Of a stretch of 64,000 nucleotides of DNA, positions 21,022-31,580 are shown in pieces. The translations under genes and the position numbers were made by a program. The notes beneath the pieces are model-generated. The model saw only the letters and a program-made list of their open reading frames with translations. It made no database searches and had not been told where the DNA came from. Positions within the stretch are counted from its first letter, which is position 1. Every line of letters starts with the position of its first letter. Source of the DNA: an uncultured Gemmatimonadales bacterium (lineage in GTDB: Bacteria; Gemmatimonadota; Gemmatimonadetes; Gemmatimonadales; GWC2-71-9); the NCBI GenBank assembly GCA_963728915.1, contig CAVSLV010000004.1:288001-352000 (forward strand), given 5' to 3'.

Positions 21022-21678
21022 ATGATCACCGTCAACCTCAAGCCCGGTACCAGGCGGACCAAGGCCCCCGGTTTCGCCCCCACGCTCAGGGGGCTCAAGG
21101 ACCTTCCCGGGAAGATCAAGGATCCCTGGCCGGTCGCGGCGATCGTCGCCTGGGTGCTGGTGATCGGGTTCCTCGGCTGGATCTGGATCGGCTCCGCCAT
21201 CGCGATGGGACGCATGGAGAGCGAGCTGGCCGCGAAGCGCGCCGAGAACCGGCGCAACCGCCAGCTGCTCGCCGAGAAGCGACGCGCCGAAGCGGCCCGC
21301 GACTCGGTCATCACCCAGATTGCCACCATCCGGATGGTCGATGAGGATCGCTACGTCTGGGCCCACGTGCTGGATGAAGTGGGCCGGGCCCTGCCGCCCT
21401 ATCTCTGGCTCACCGACATGCAGCCGAGCAATCCGGCGGCCTCGGACACGTCGGCGGCGGTTCCACCGCCCACGGTCCAGCTCACCGGGCGCACGATGGA
21501 CCTCGCCGCCTTTACCCGGTTCATGCGACAGCTCGAGGATTCACCCTGGTTCCAGGATGTGACGGTGATCACCACCGGAACCGAGATCGATCATGGGCGC
21601 GCCGTCACGACGTTCGTGCTGAAAGCGACCTACGTGCGGATCCGGCCTGAACAGACCCACGCCGCTACGGGGGAGTGA
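21022..21678 (+). CDS. pilN: Type IV pilus assembly protein PilN
   Basis: MITVNL PilM-binding N-terminus, one TM, LWLT; synteny. Confidence 0.85.
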   Translation: MITVNLKPGTRRTKAPGFAPTLRGLKDLPGKIKDPWPVAAIVAWVLVIGFLGWIWIGSAIAMGRMESELAAKRAENRRNRQLLAEKRRAEAARDSVITQIATIRMVDEDRYVWAHVLDEVGRALPPYLWLTDMQPSNPAASDTSAAVPPPTVQLTGRTMDLAAFTRFMRQLEDSPWFQDVTVITTGTEIDHGRAVTTFVLKATYVRIRPEQTHAATGE

Positions 21679-21681
21679 GCC

Positions 21682-22311
21682 ATGGCCCTGCTTGATTCTC
21701 CCCGCAACAAGGCCATCGTGGCCATCCTGTTCGCCCTGCTGCTGGGCTACGTGGCGTATACCGGCGACGGTCTCAATGCGCTCGGCGTGCCCGGGCTCAA
21801 GTCCAAGCGCGAGGCGGTCATCGCGGCCCGGGACTCGATCGTCCTGCTGACCGCCCAGAACGACAGCGTGCGGCGCGAGCTCGCCAGGGGCTCTCCCGAA
21901 GAGCTGGCCAAGCGGACCGAAGCCTATCGCGCCACCCTGGAAACCCTGCGGCAGCTCGTGCCGGAGCGGGGCGAGGTGCCTGGACTCATCGATGCGATTT
22001 CGTCGCGGGCCAAGTTCCGCGGCGTCCGTCTTGCGGTCTTCAACCCCGATCCGGTCGAACCCGGGCCGGCTCCGTTCGACACCTATCGGTATCGGCTCTC
22101 GGTGATTGGACACTACGACGAGATCGGCTCGTTCCTCAGTGACGTGGCGGGACTCCGCCGCATCATCGTGCCGATGGACGTCGCGATGGCCGCGGCGAAC
22201 GCCGCTTCGGCGCGCGCGCTAGGGGATACCACCAGCGGCATGCTGGAGGCCAAGCTGGTCGTGAAGACGTACGTGAAAGCCGGAAATGAGGGAGGCTCCG
22301 GTGGTCACTGA
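21682..22311 (+). CDS. pilO: Type IV pilus assembly protein PilO
   Basis: TM, coiled coil, LVPERGEVPGL, GHYDEIGSF; synteny. Confidence 0.85.
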   Translation: MALLDSPRNKAIVAILFALLLGYVAYTGDGLNALGVPGLKSKREAVIAARDSIVLLTAQNDSVRRELARGSPEELAKRTEAYRATLETLRQLVPERGEVPGLIDAISSRAKFRGVRLAVFNPDPVEPGPAPFDTYRYRLSVIGHYDEIGSFLSDVAGLRRIIVPMDVAMAAANAASARALGDTTSGMLEAKLVVKTYVKAGNEGGSGGH

Positions 22312-22813
22312 TCGCCTGATGCTGGCAGGAGTCCTGGTCCTGGCCGCGTGCGGTGGAGGACCGGCAGGTACTCCTGCGCCCGCTCCCCCGACCGGCGTGG
22401 AAGAAGACGCGTCGCGGGCGCCCGCCGCCAAGGACACCACGGCGCCCAAGCCGGCCGTCCTGGATTCCTCCCTGATTCCCGAGCCGGGCGCCGAGCTCAA
22501 GCGGGAGGTCTTCAGCTACCGGGGCGGCAGCCGGGATCCCTTCGTATCCCTGCTCGAGGGCAGGAACGTCGGCCCCGAGCTGGGCGACCTGGATGTCGTG
22601 GGCATTGCCTACATCCCGGATGACACGAAGTCGAGCTCTGCGGTCCTCTGGGACCGGGTCAATCTCAAACAGTACACCGCCCGCGAGGGCGAGCGGGTTG
22701 GTAGGGCGCGGGTGGTGGGCATCACCCAGCTGGCCGTTCGGTTTACGATCGATGACTTCGGAACCCAGCGTGAGGTGACGCTGACGCTCCGCAAGCGGGA
22801 GGATGTCCCATGA
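22286..22813 (+). CDS. pilP: PilP-like lipoprotein
   Basis: LAAC lipobox, RDPF motif; between pilO and pilQ. Confidence 0.7.
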   Translation: MREAPVVTDRLMLAGVLVLAACGGGPAGTPAPAPPTGVEEDASRAPAAKDTTAPKPAVLDSSLIPEPGAELKREVFSYRGGSRDPFVSLLEGRNVGPELGDLDVVGIAYIPDDTKSSSAVLWDRVNLKQYTAREGERVGRARVVGITQLAVRFTIDDFGTQREVTLTLRKREDVP

Positions 22814-24582
22814 TCGGAGGTTTCTGGTCCCTGCTCTTCTCGGTCGTCTCCGCATTTCCCGCCGGTGGGGCGGGTCTGGCGAGAGGCGATGGAGAAGTGC
22901 GCGCCGTGAGCCTGGTCCCCGTGCCGGCGGACGGCAGGGCCCAGCTCGTGATTGAAGTGAGCGGCACCATCGAGGTGACCGATCGGGTGCTCCGGGATCC
23001 CAACCGCATTGTGCTGGATCTGGCGGGCGCGACGCTCGCCTCCGGGATGCCGCGGTCGTACGACGGAATTCCCCGCGGGGTCGTCCGAAACGTCCGGATC
23101 AACCAGTTCACTCCGAACGTCGTTCGGGTCGTGCTGGACGTGGACCAGCTGGTGTCGTACCGCATCGAGCGCGGCCCCGAATCGATTCGGGTGTCATTCG
23201 ATGCCGGTCAGGAAATCCAGGCCTGGAACGCTCCGGCCGGCGCCTCCGTCGACTCGGCCATCAGGCCGGTCGCGCTGGCCCCGCGCAAGGTGTCGCCGGT
23301 GCTTCCGGTCAACGCGAGCCCGGTGCAGCAGCGCCAGGCCCAGCACATGACGATCACGTTCAACAAGGCCCCGCTGGAAGCCGTGGTCGCGCAGTTCCGC
23401 GCGGTCAGCGGACGGAGCATCATCCTGGGCCGCGATCTGGGCGAGCGCCCGGTGACCGCCGAGGTGGTGGACCAGCCCTGGCCGGAAGCCTTCTATTCGA
23501 TTCTGGGAGCGCAGGGTCTCCGGGTGCAGGAAATGCCCGGCGGCATTCTTCGGGTCGATGATCCGGCCAAGCTTGCCGAATCCGACTCCCTCGAGCCGGT
23601 CGAGATCCGGCTCCTCCGGATCAACTATGCCCGCGCCTCCGAGCTGGCCAAGTCGGCGGAAGGCGTCCTGAGCGCTCGCGGCAAGGCGGTTCCTGATACC
23701 GCGACCAATTCGATCGTGCTCCGGGAAACCCGGGCGAACATCGACCAGGTGGAGCGGTTCCTTCTCCAGCTCGACATCAAGCCCAAGCAGGTCTCGATCC
23801 AGGCGAAGATCATCTTCGTCGACCGGACCGACCTGGAGCAGCTCGGCTTCAAGTACGACATCGGGAGCGCGAGCCAGTTCTACAACCAGGTCGTGCAGCG
23901 CCCCGACCCGGCGTCCGGTGGCCTGACCCCGTATGTCCCGGCGCGGACCATCGTGGACCTGGGCGGCAACCAGATCAGCGCGGTCGGGAATGCGTCATCG
24001 ATCATCACCTCGCCGGCGATCGACCTGCTGTTCTCCACGGCCATCGGCGGGTTCTCGATTACGAGCTTCCTCCAGGCCCTGCAACAGGTCGAGCTGTCCG
24101 ACGTCCAGGCCGAGCCGACCATCACGACCCAGGACAACAAGGCAGCCACCATCCGGGTTGGCGAAGACATTCCGGTCCGGGTGATCGACCTCGCCTCGGC
24201 CCAGTCGGCGGCGGGAACGGTGGCCCGCGCCAACGTGCAGTTCCGCGAGACCGGCATCAAGCTGAACGTGACGCCGCACATCACCGACGACGGCAACATC
24301 TTCCTCCAGCTCGCGACCGAGCGGTCCAGCATTCAGACCCTGGCGGCCGCCGATCTGGGCTTCATCATCTCCAAGCAGGAGTCGAGCAACCAGCTTCTGG
24401 TGGCCGACGGCGAAACCGCGGTGATCGGCGGGCTGACCGTCACCACCGTCGAGAAGTCCAAGTCCGGGATCCCGCTGCTGTCCTCGTTGCCCTTGATCGG
24501 CAGCCTGTTCAGCTTCACCAGCAACCGGGAAAACCGGAAGGATCTCATCATCCTCGTGACGCCGAGGGTCATCGGGAACTAA
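22810..24582 (+). CDS. pilQ: Type IV pilus secretin with AMIN domain
   Basis: AMIN domain, N3 domain, secretin C-terminus GETAVIGGL, GIPLLSSLPLIG, LIILVTPRVI. Confidence 0.9.
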   Translation: MIGGFWSLLFSVVSAFPAGGAGLARGDGEVRAVSLVPVPADGRAQLVIEVSGTIEVTDRVLRDPNRIVLDLAGATLASGMPRSYDGIPRGVVRNVRINQFTPNVVRVVLDVDQLVSYRIERGPESIRVSFDAGQEIQAWNAPAGASVDSAIRPVALAPRKVSPVLPVNASPVQQRQAQHMTITFNKAPLEAVVAQFRAVSGRSIILGRDLGERPVTAEVVDQPWPEAFYSILGAQGLRVQEMPGGILRVDDPAKLAESDSLEPVEIRLLRINYARASELAKSAEGVLSARGKAVPDTATNSIVLRETRANIDQVERFLLQLDIKPKQVSIQAKIIFVDRTDLEQLGFKYDIGSASQFYNQVVQRPDPASGGLTPYVPARTIVDLGGNQISAVGNASSIITSPAIDLLFSTAIGGFSITSFLQALQQVELSDVQAEPTITTQDNKAATIRVGEDIPVRVIDLASAQSAAGTVARANVQFRETGIKLNVTPHITDDGNIFLQLATERSSIQTLAAADLGFIISKQESSNQLLVADGETAVIGGLTVTTVEKSKSGIPLLSSLPLIGSLFSFTSNRENRKDLIILVTPRVIGN

Positions 24583-24591
24583 CTTCCCGGC

Positions 24592-25803
24592 GTGACGCTT
24601 CGCTTCACAACCGCAGGGGAGTCGCACGGGAAGGCCCTCGTCGTCATCGTCGAGGGCCTTCCCGCCGGCTTACCCCTCTCCGCCGAATCCGTGGATCACC
24701 AGCTCGCCCGCCGGATGCAGGGCTACGGCCGGGGCGCGCGCATGAAGATCGAGTCGGACCGGATCGAGTGGCTCGCCGGAGTCCGCTCCGGTGAGACCAT
24801 CGGCTCTCCGGTCGCCATGCTCATCCGGAACCTCGACTGGGCCAACTGGGAGGACGTGATGGCCGCGGAGGGCACCCCGGGTGACCTCCGCCGCCGCCGG
24901 GTCACCCGGCCCCGGCCGGGTCATGCCGACCTGGTCGGCGTTCTGAAGTACGACCGGGTGGACGCCCGGGATATCCTGGAACGGGCCAGCGCACGCGAGA
25001 CCGCTGCCCGGGTGGCCGCCGGCGCCCTGGCCCGGCGGCTGCTCGAGGAATTTGGGGTGGACATCGGGAGCCACGTCGTCTCCCTCGGCGGCATCCCGAT
25101 CACGGCGGGCCTGTCCCTGCCGAGTCCGCTCAATGAGGCGTCCGACCGCTCCCCGGTCCGGGTCATCGATCCCGCGGTCGAGTCCCAGATCATCGCGCGG
25201 ATCGACCAGGCGAAGAAGGCTGGCGATACCCTGGGGGGAGAGGTCGAGGTAGTTGCCGCCGGCGTCGTGCTCGGATTAGGCAGCCATGCCAGCTGGGATC
25301 GCAAGCTCGACGGCCGCCTGGCCGGGATGCTCATGTCCATCCCCGCCGTCAAAGGCGTCGAGATCGGAATGGGTTTCACCGCGGCCCGGGTGCCCGGGTC
25401 CCAGGTTCATGACCCGATCGAAGTGGACGGGGAGGGCGCCCCGGTGCCCGGGCCCCGCGGCGGATTCCGTCGGACCAGCAACAATGCCGGCGGGCTGGAG
25501 GGCGGGATGACCACCGGTGAACCCCTGGTGGTCCGGGTCGCCATGAAGCCGATCTCCACCCTCATGTCTCCTCTCAAGACGGTGGACCTGAAGAGCGGAG
25601 AGGCCGCCAACGCGCAGAGCGAGCGGTCCGACGTCACCGCGGTCCCGGCAGTCGGGGTCATTGCGGAAGCCCTGGTCGCCCTGGTCCTGGCCGAGGCGAT
25701 GCTCGAGAAGTTCGGGGGGGATTCCCTGGCCGAGCTGCGGCGGAACTACGACGGCTACGTTGCCGGGTTAGGGAAGCGATGGTCGGAGCTCCGGCGGTCG
25801 TGA
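24592..25803 (+). CDS. aroC: Chorismate synthase
   Basis: TAGESHG, RPGHAD, RASARETA, MKPISTL, RSD. Confidence 0.95.
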   Translation: MTLRFTTAGESHGKALVVIVEGLPAGLPLSAESVDHQLARRMQGYGRGARMKIESDRIEWLAGVRSGETIGSPVAMLIRNLDWANWEDVMAAEGTPGDLRRRRVTRPRPGHADLVGVLKYDRVDARDILERASARETAARVAAGALARRLLEEFGVDIGSHVVSLGGIPITAGLSLPSPLNEASDRSPVRVIDPAVESQIIARIDQAKKAGDTLGGEVEVVAAGVVLGLGSHASWDRKLDGRLAGMLMSIPAVKGVEIGMGFTAARVPGSQVHDPIEVDGEGAPVPGPRGGFRRTSNNAGGLEGGMTTGEPLVVRVAMKPISTLMSPLKTVDLKSGEAANAQSERSDVTAVPAVGVIAEALVALVLAEAMLEKFGGDSLAELRRNYDGYVAGLGKRWSELRRS

Positions 25804-25809
25804 GCCGCC

Positions 25810-25849
25810 GCCATTCCGTCCGCCTTTCCGCCCGTCCGCCTGTCCGCCC
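25810..25849 (+). repeat. Degenerate octamer tandem repeat (TCCGCCYG)n, also at ~41495-41528 and reversed at 58060-58093
   Basis: Read directly from the sequence. Confidence 0.55.
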
Positions 25850-26374
25850 ATGAAGCGGCACGTCGTCCTGGTGGGCCTTCCCGGTTCGGGAAAGACCACT
25901 CTGGTCCGGCTGGTCGCTGAACGGTGGCCTTCCGAGATGGCCGGCTGGACCGACCTCGATGCCGACATCGTCGCGGAGGCGGGCCGGCCCATCCCGGAAA
26001 TCTTTGCCCGCGCCGGCGAGCGGGGCTTTCGCCGGCTCGAACGCGCGGCGATGGAAGCGGCCCTTCGCCGGGACCCTCACCTGATCGCCGCGGGCGCCGG
26101 CTGGATCGCCGAGCCGGGCAATCTCGCCGCGGCCCGGGCCCGCCACGCCCTGGTGGTCTATTTGCGGGTTATGCCGGACCAGGCCGACGCCCGGCTCGGC
26201 GCGGCCGACGACCGCCCTCTGCTCGCGGGGCCGGGCCGCCTCGCCCGGCTCACCGCGCTGCTCATCGAGCGGGAGCTCTGGTATCGCCAGGCCGAGGCGG
26301 AGGTCGACGCCTCGGGTGCCCCCGAGGAAGTTGCCGAGTCCCTCCGGGCCGTGGTGGTGCGGTGGGCCCTCTGA
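25850..26374 (+). CDS. aroK: Shikimate kinase
   Basis: GLPGSGKT, DLD, GERGFRRLE, RPLL. Confidence 0.9.
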   Translation: MKRHVVLVGLPGSGKTTLVRLVAERWPSEMAGWTDLDADIVAEAGRPIPEIFARAGERGFRRLERAAMEAALRRDPHLIAAGAGWIAEPGNLAAARARHALVVYLRVMPDQADARLGAADDRPLLAGPGRLARLTALLIERELWYRQAEAEVDASGAPEEVAESLRAVVVRWAL

Positions 26375-26390
26375 CCGAGTCGAGAACCGG

Positions 26391-27017
26391 TCAGCGGGGA
26401 CGAGAGAGGACCAGCCGGACTCCGAATCCCAGGAAGAGAAGCCCGGTCGCCCGGTCGAGACCGGCTGCCACGGCGGGGCGGGAGAGCCACCTCGCGAGCG
26501 GCCGGGTCAATCCAGTCAGGACCCCGAACCAGATCATCCCTTCCAGGGCGTGAATGCCCGCCAGACCGACGCTGAACCCCGTTACCGGGACGTTCGCCGG
26601 GATGAACTGGGGGAGGAAGGTGAGATAGAACACCCCGACCTTGGGATTCAGCAGGTTGGTCAGGTAACCCCGAAGGAACCAGCCGCGGGAAGTAACCCCG
26701 GCCGAACCGGCGGCCTCGACCGGAACCGCGGCCCGGCGCAGCAGCAGCCTGATCCCGAGATACACCAGATACCCTGATCCGAGCACCTGAAGCACACGAT
26801 ACGCCGTCCTGGAAACGAGCAGGAGAGCCCCGAGCCCAGCGGAGGCGGCGAACCCCCAGGTCAGGCAGCCGAGACAGATCCCGGCGCCCGCGAGGAGGGC
26901 TCGACGGGGACCTTCGACCGCCGCGGTCCGGAGCACCAGCGTGGTATCGAGTCCCGGAGTGATGGTGAGCAGAGCGGCCGCCCCGGTAAAGGCCAGGACA
27001 GCCTGCACAGAAGTCAT
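26391..27017 (-). CDS. LysE/RhtB family translocator
   Basis: TPGLD, TNLLNPK, six TM segments; true start MTSVQAV at 27017. Confidence 0.85.
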   Translation of the reverse strand: MTSVQAVLAFTGAAALLTITPGLDTTLVLRTAAVEGPRRALLAGAGICLGCLTWGFAASAGLGALLLVSRTAYRVLQVLGSGYLVYLGIRLLLRRAAVPVEAAGSAGVTSRGWFLRGYLTNLLNPKVGVFYLTFLPQFIPANVPVTGFSVGLAGIHALEGMIWFGVLTGLTRPLARWLSRPAVAAGLDRATGLLFLGFGVRLVLSRPR

Positions 27018-27047
27018 CGCGCAAAGATACCTGCCTATCATTCTCCC

Positions 27048-28352
27048 ATGAGCACGCTGACTGCCCAGGTGATCGGTGGAGGTCTGGCCGGCTGTGAGGC
27101 CGCCTGGGCCCTCGCCGAGCGCGGGGTTCGCGTCACCCTGGTCGAAATGCGCCCGTTGGTGATGACCCCGGCGCATCAGACCGGCCGGCTGGCCGAGCTG
27201 GTCTGCACCAATTCTCTCAAATCGGTCGAGCCGACCACCGCCCATGGACTGCTCAAGGCCGAGCTCCGGATGATCGGCAGTCTCCTGCTGAAATGCGCCG
27301 ACGAAGCCCGGGTGCCGGGCGGCTCCGCGCTGGTGGTGGATCGGGAGGTCTTCTCGTCGGCGGTGGACCGGAGAATCCGGGCTCACCCGATGATCGAGGT
27401 GAAGGGAGCGGAAGCTTGCGCCCTGCCGGAGCAGGGGATCGTGGCCACCGGCCCGCTCACGTCGGAACGACTCGCTCACGCCATCGCGGCCCGCCTCGGT
27501 GTCACGTCGCTCGCCTTCTACGATGCCATCGCACCCATCGTCAGCGACGAGTCCCTCGAGCATCCGCTGCTGTACCGGAAATCGCGCTACGACAAGGGCG
27601 AGGGAGACGACTACCTCAACGCCCCGATGAACCGGGAAGAATACGAAGCGTTTCTCTCCGAGCTGGGCGCGGCCGACCAGTATCACGCCCACGAATTCGA
27701 CCAGGTCCCCTACTTCGAGGGATGCCTGCCGGTCGAGGAGATGGCCCGCCGCGGTCCTGAGACGCTTCGCTTCGGGCCCATGAAGCCGGTCGGGTTGCCC
27801 GACCCGCGCACCGGCAGGGAACCCTACGCGGTGGTTCAGCTTCGCCGGGAGGACCGGGCCGGCCAGATGTGGAACCTGGTCGGGTTCCAGACCCGGCTCC
27901 GCATTCCGGAGCAGCAGCGGGTCTTCCGCCGGATCCCCGGCCTGGCCGGCGCCGAGTTTCTCCGCTACGGCAGTATCCATCGCAACGCCTACATCAACAG
28001 TCCCGCGACGCTCGGTCCCGGGTTATGCACCCGGGATCAGCCGCTCACCTTCTTCGCGGGTCAGCTCACCGGGGTGGAGGGGTACACCGAGTCCTTCGGC
28101 ACCGGCATTCTCGCCGGCATCAATCTCCACCGCCACCTGACCGGACGAGCGATCCTGGTTCCGCCCCCCACGACCATGCTGGGCGCGCTGCTCCGGTACC
28201 TGGGGGAGGCCGATCCCGGACACTTCCAGCCGATGAATGCGAACTTCGGACTCCTGGATCCGCTGGCCGGCACCGTGCGGAAGTCCGAGAAGCGAACCCT
28301 CCTGGTCGATCGGGCACTCGAGGAGTTTCGCGGATGGAGCGCGGGCCTGTGA
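27048..28352 (+). CDS. trmFO: tRNA (uracil-5)-methyltransferase TrmFO
   Basis: GGGLAGCEAAW, AELVCTNS, FGPMKPVGL, AGQLTGVEGY, QPMNANFG. Confidence 0.95.
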   Translation: MSTLTAQVIGGGLAGCEAAWALAERGVRVTLVEMRPLVMTPAHQTGRLAELVCTNSLKSVEPTTAHGLLKAELRMIGSLLLKCADEARVPGGSALVVDREVFSSAVDRRIRAHPMIEVKGAEACALPEQGIVATGPLTSERLAHAIAARLGVTSLAFYDAIAPIVSDESLEHPLLYRKSRYDKGEGDDYLNAPMNREEYEAFLSELGAADQYHAHEFDQVPYFEGCLPVEEMARRGPETLRFGPMKPVGLPDPRTGREPYAVVQLRREDRAGQMWNLVGFQTRLRIPEQQRVFRRIPGLAGAEFLRYGSIHRNAYINSPATLGPGLCTRDQPLTFFAGQLTGVEGYTESFGTGILAGINLHRHLTGRAILVPPPTTMLGALLRYLGEADPGHFQPMNANFGLLDPLAGTVRKSEKRTLLVDRALEEFRGWSAGL

Positions 28353-29278
28353 CCCCGGCGATTCGCCGGAAATCCGATCGGCTGCTCTCGTCATTCCTCC
28401 TTCACCTCGAGAAGGAGCGCGATCAGTCGCCCCACACCTTGAAGGCCTATCGGCGGGACCTCGAGACCTTCGCGGCGTTCTGCGATCGGTTTTACGGGGC
28501 CGGTTGGCGCTGGGCCGGAGTGGACCGGCTGGGGGTGCGCGGGTTCCTGGGGGAGCTGGACCGCCGCGGCCTGTCGCGCCGGTCCGCGGCACGGGCCCTT
28601 TCCGCGGTGCGGTCATTCTATCGCTACCTCCAGGTCCATCATGGAATCGCCAACAGCGTGGTCCGGGCGGCCCGTACCCCGAAGATCGAAAAGCGCCTTC
28701 CGACCCACTTCCTTCGTGAAGACATGGATGCCTTGTTCGGGAATGCCGAGGCGCTCGCGGAAGCCGGGGAGTTCCTTCCCGTGCGCGATCTCGCGATGCT
28801 CGAGTTGTTCTACTCTTCGGGACTCCGGCTGAGCGAGCTCCAGGGCCTCGATCTTCCGGGGCTGGATCTCCTCGGCGATCAGGTCAAAGTGCGGGGAAAG
28901 GGCAGGAAGGAGCGCATCGTCCCGGTCGGGCGCCGGGCGAGCGCGGCCCTCCGGCGGTATCTTCTCGCCCGCGAAGGGGTGGTCCGGCGGCCCGGTGCAG
29001 ATCCCGGAGCGGTGTTCGTCAATCGCAATGGGCGCCGGATCGGGCCGGTGACGATCCAGCGACGGATGCATCGCCTGTTCGCCAGCGTCGGGCGGGATGG
29101 CCGGGTCCACTCGCTGCGCCACACCTTCGCGACCCATCTGATGGACGCCGGAGCGGATTTGCGGGCAGTCCAGGAGCTACTGGGGCATGCGTCCCTCAGC
29201 ACCACCCAGATCTATACCCACACGAGCGTGGAGCGGCTGAAGCAGGTGTATCGAAAAGCCCATCCCCGGGGAGGCTGA
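28349..29278 (+). CDS. xerC: Tyrosine recombinase XerC
   Basis: [32 protein letters not shown]; trmFO-xerC-hslVU synteny. Confidence 0.9.
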   Translation: MTPAIRRKSDRLLSSFLLHLEKERDQSPHTLKAYRRDLETFAAFCDRFYGAGWRWAGVDRLGVRGFLGELDRRGLSRRSAARALSAVRSFYRYLQVHHGIANSVVRAARTPKIEKRLPTHFLREDMDALFGNAEALAEAGEFLPVRDLAMLELFYSSGLRLSELQGLDLPGLDLLGDQVKVRGKGRKERIVPVGRRASAALRRYLLAREGVVRRPGADPGAVFVNRNGRRIGPVTIQRRMHRLFASVGRDGRVHSLRHTFATHLMDAGADLRAVQELLGHASLSTTQIYTHTSVERLKQVYRKAHPRGG

Positions 29279-29279
29279 G

Positions 29280-29810
29280 CTGAAACTGCACGGAACCACC
29301 ATTCTCGCCGTGCGCAAGGGCGGCCGCACCGCGCTGGGCGGCGACGGTCAGATCTCCATTGGCGATACCGTCGTCAAGGCCACCGCCAACAAGGTCCGGA
29401 GCCTCAAGGGTGGCCGGGTGCTCGCGGGCTTCGCCGGATCGGTCGCCGACGCGCTCAACCTGTTCGAGCGCTTCGAAGAGAAGCTGGACCGCTATCCCGG
29501 CAATCTCCCCCGGGCCGCGGTCGAGCTGGCCAAGGACTGGCGAAGCGACCGCGTGTTACGCAGGCTGGAAGCGCTGCTGGTGGTGGCCGACCTGGAGCAC
29601 ATCTTCTGGATCAGCGGCAACGGAGAATTGATCGAGCCCGACGACGGCCTTCTCGCGGTGGGCTCGGGAGGCAACTACGCCCTGGCGGCCGCGCGGGCCC
29701 TGGCGCCGGACCCGAAGCTGTCCGCCCGGGACGTCGTGCAGCGGGCCCTGGAGATCGCCGCCGACATCTGCGTGTTCACCAACCGCAACGTGACGATTCT
29801 CGAGATGTGA
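29280..29810 (+). CDS. hslV: ATP-dependent protease subunit HslV
   Basis: HGTTILAV catalytic Thr lies upstream of the GTG at 29310; GDGQ, GSGG; start inferred at CTG 29280. Confidence 0.9.
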   Translation: MKLHGTTILAVRKGGRTALGGDGQISIGDTVVKATANKVRSLKGGRVLAGFAGSVADALNLFERFEEKLDRYPGNLPRAAVELAKDWRSDRVLRRLEALLVVADLEHIFWISGNGELIEPDDGLLAVGSGGNYALAAARALAPDPKLSARDVVQRALEIAADICVFTNRNVTILEM

Positions 29811-31288
29811 TGACCGGCACCACCCCCGAAGCCCCTCCCGAGGAACAGCCGCCTCCGCCCTGGCTCGAGGAAATGCCTCCCGCCCAGATCGTGGCGGAGC
29901 TGGACCGTTACGTGGTGGGGCAGGACCCCGCCAAACGCGCGATCGCGATCGCGGTGCGCAACCGCTGGCGGCGCATCCAGGCGCCCGATCCGATGCGGGA
30001 CGAGATCACGCCTTCCAACATCATCCTGATTGGTCCGACCGGGGTCGGCAAGACCGAAATCGCCCGCCGGCTGGCCCGCCTGGCCGGGGCGCCCTTCGTC
30101 AAGGTGGAAGCCTCCAAGTTCACCGAGGTCGGCTACGTCGGTCGTGATGTGGAGGGGATGGTCCGCGACCTGGTCGATGCCGCGGTGAACCTGGTCCGCA
30201 CCGAGCGCGAGGACGAAGTGTTCCCTCAAGCCGAGGCGAGAGCGGACGAGCGCTTGCTCGACATTTTGCTGCCGCCCCCGCCGGAACCTTCCAAACCCTC
30301 TGGCCCCTCTGACCCCTCTGACCCCTCTGACCCCTCCGACCCCTCCGACCCCTCCGACCCCTCCGATCCCTCCGACCACCCCGGCACCCGCAGCCGCTCG
30401 CGCGAGAAGCTCAAGGCTCTCCTGCAGGAGGGCAAGCTCGACGACCGGGAAGTCGAGATCGAAGTCACGCCGCAGGCCTTCCCTCCGGTGGATTTCATAC
30501 AGCCGCCCCAAGGGCCCGAAGGAACCGATTTCAATCTGACCGAGTGGCTCCAGAACATGATGCCCCGGCCCAAGAAGCGCCGGATGGTCCGGGTTTCCGA
30601 GGCTCGGCGCATCCTGGTCGATGAGGAGCTCAAGCGGATGGTCGATCAGGAAGATGTGGTCAACGAGGCGCTCGACCGGACCGAGAACCACGGGATCATC
30701 TTCGTCGATGAAATCGACAAGATCGCCGGAGAGCGGGGTTCCAGCGGTCCCGACGTGTCCCGGGAGGGAGTGCAGCGCGATCTCCTGCCGATCGTGGAGG
30801 GCTCCACGGTTCAGACCCGCTATGGCTATGTCCGCACCGATCACATCCTCTTCATCGCGGCCGGGGCCTTCCACGTTTCCAAGCCGTCCGATCTGATCCC
30901 CGAGCTCCAGGGGCGGTTCCCGATCCGGGTCGAGCTGGCCCCGCTCCGGGAAGAGGACTTCGTCCGGATCCTGACCGAACCGGAGAACGCCCTGACCAAG
31001 CAGTACGCCGCGCTGGTCGCCGCGGAAGGCGCCGAACTGAGCTTCACGCCGGAGGCGATTCTGGAGATCGCCCGGATGGCGCGGGTTGCGAACGAGCGCA
31101 TGGAGAATATCGGCGCCCGCCGCCTCCACACCGTGATGTCCACTCTGATGGAAGAGCTTCTCTTCGCCCTCCCCGACTGGCCCGAGAAGACCATCCGGTT
31201 CGACGTGGCCCTGGTGCGTGAGCGCCTGGCCCGGGTCCTGGGGGACGACGACCTCCGCCGATACATTCTTAGGGAGAGTGATAGGTGA
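29807..31288 (+). CDS. hslU: ATP-dependent protease ATPase subunit HslU
   Basis: [12 protein letters not shown] pore motif, [17 protein letters not shown]. Confidence 0.95.
   Translation: MMTGTTPEAPPEEQPPPPWLEEMPPAQIVAELDRYVVGQDPAKRAIAIAVRNRWRRIQAPDPMRDEITPSNIILIGPTGVGKTEIARRLARLAGAPFVKVEASKFTEVGYVGRDVEGMVRDLVDAAVNLVRTEREDEVFPQAEARADERLLDILLPPPPEPSKPSGPSDPSDPSDPSDPSDPSDPSDPSDHPGTRSRSREKLKALLQEGKLDDREVEIEVTPQAFPPVDFIQPPQGPEGTDFNLTEWLQNMMPRPKKRRMVRVSEARRILVDEELKRMVDQEDVVNEALDRTENHGIIFVDEIDKIAGERGSSGPDVSREGVQRDLLPIVEGSTVQTRYGYVRTDHILFIAAGAFHVSKPSDLIPELQGRFPIRVELAPLREEDFVRILTEPENALTKQYAALVAAEGAELSFTPEAILEIARMARVANERMENIGARRLHTVMSTLMEELLFALPDWPEKTIRFDVALVRERLARVLGDDDLRRYILRESDR
30296..30376 (+). 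repeat. 9-bp tandem repeat (CCCTCYGAC) x9 inside hslU, encoding PSG(PSD)8
   Basis: Read directly from the sequence. Confidence 0.9.
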
Positions 31289-31580
31289 CCGATTTCCGTC
31301 ACCCACGACCCCATTCGGCATCGATTCAAGCATCGGGCCCGAACGGGGAGGGGTTTCTGACCTACAGCGAGATCGCGCCGGACCTCCTCGACTTCGAGTA
31401 TGTCGAGGTGCTCCCCGGTTCCGGGGCCAGGGCGTCGCGGGGCAGATCGTCGAAGCCGCTTGCCGGTACGCGCGGACTCGGCGGGGGTCCGGGTGGTCCC
31501 GACCTGTCCTTATATTGCCGACCTGGTTTCGTCACCACGCCGAGTGGCGGGCCCTTCTCCACCCCATGGAATCCCCATGA
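31285..31580 (+). pseudogene. Small GNAT acetyltransferase (YjdJ/Acetyltransf_CG type), frameshifted
   Basis: Fragments in three frames: GEGFLTY..LDFEYVEV / FRGQGVAGQIVEAACRYAR / VVPTCPYI / WFRHHAEWRALL. Confidence 0.6.

Noticed and set aside
28349..29278. Tyrosine recombinase as an integrase of a mobile element
   Set aside because: Sits in the conserved trmFO-xerC-hslVU context; no att repeats or cargo
30296..30376. Repeat array as CRISPR
   Set aside because: Contiguous 9-bp in-frame units, no spacers, no cas genes
31270..31288. C-terminal extension RESDR on HslU
   Set aside because: HslU normally ends RYIL; one extra T (CTT TAG) restores the stop, so it is probably an indel error
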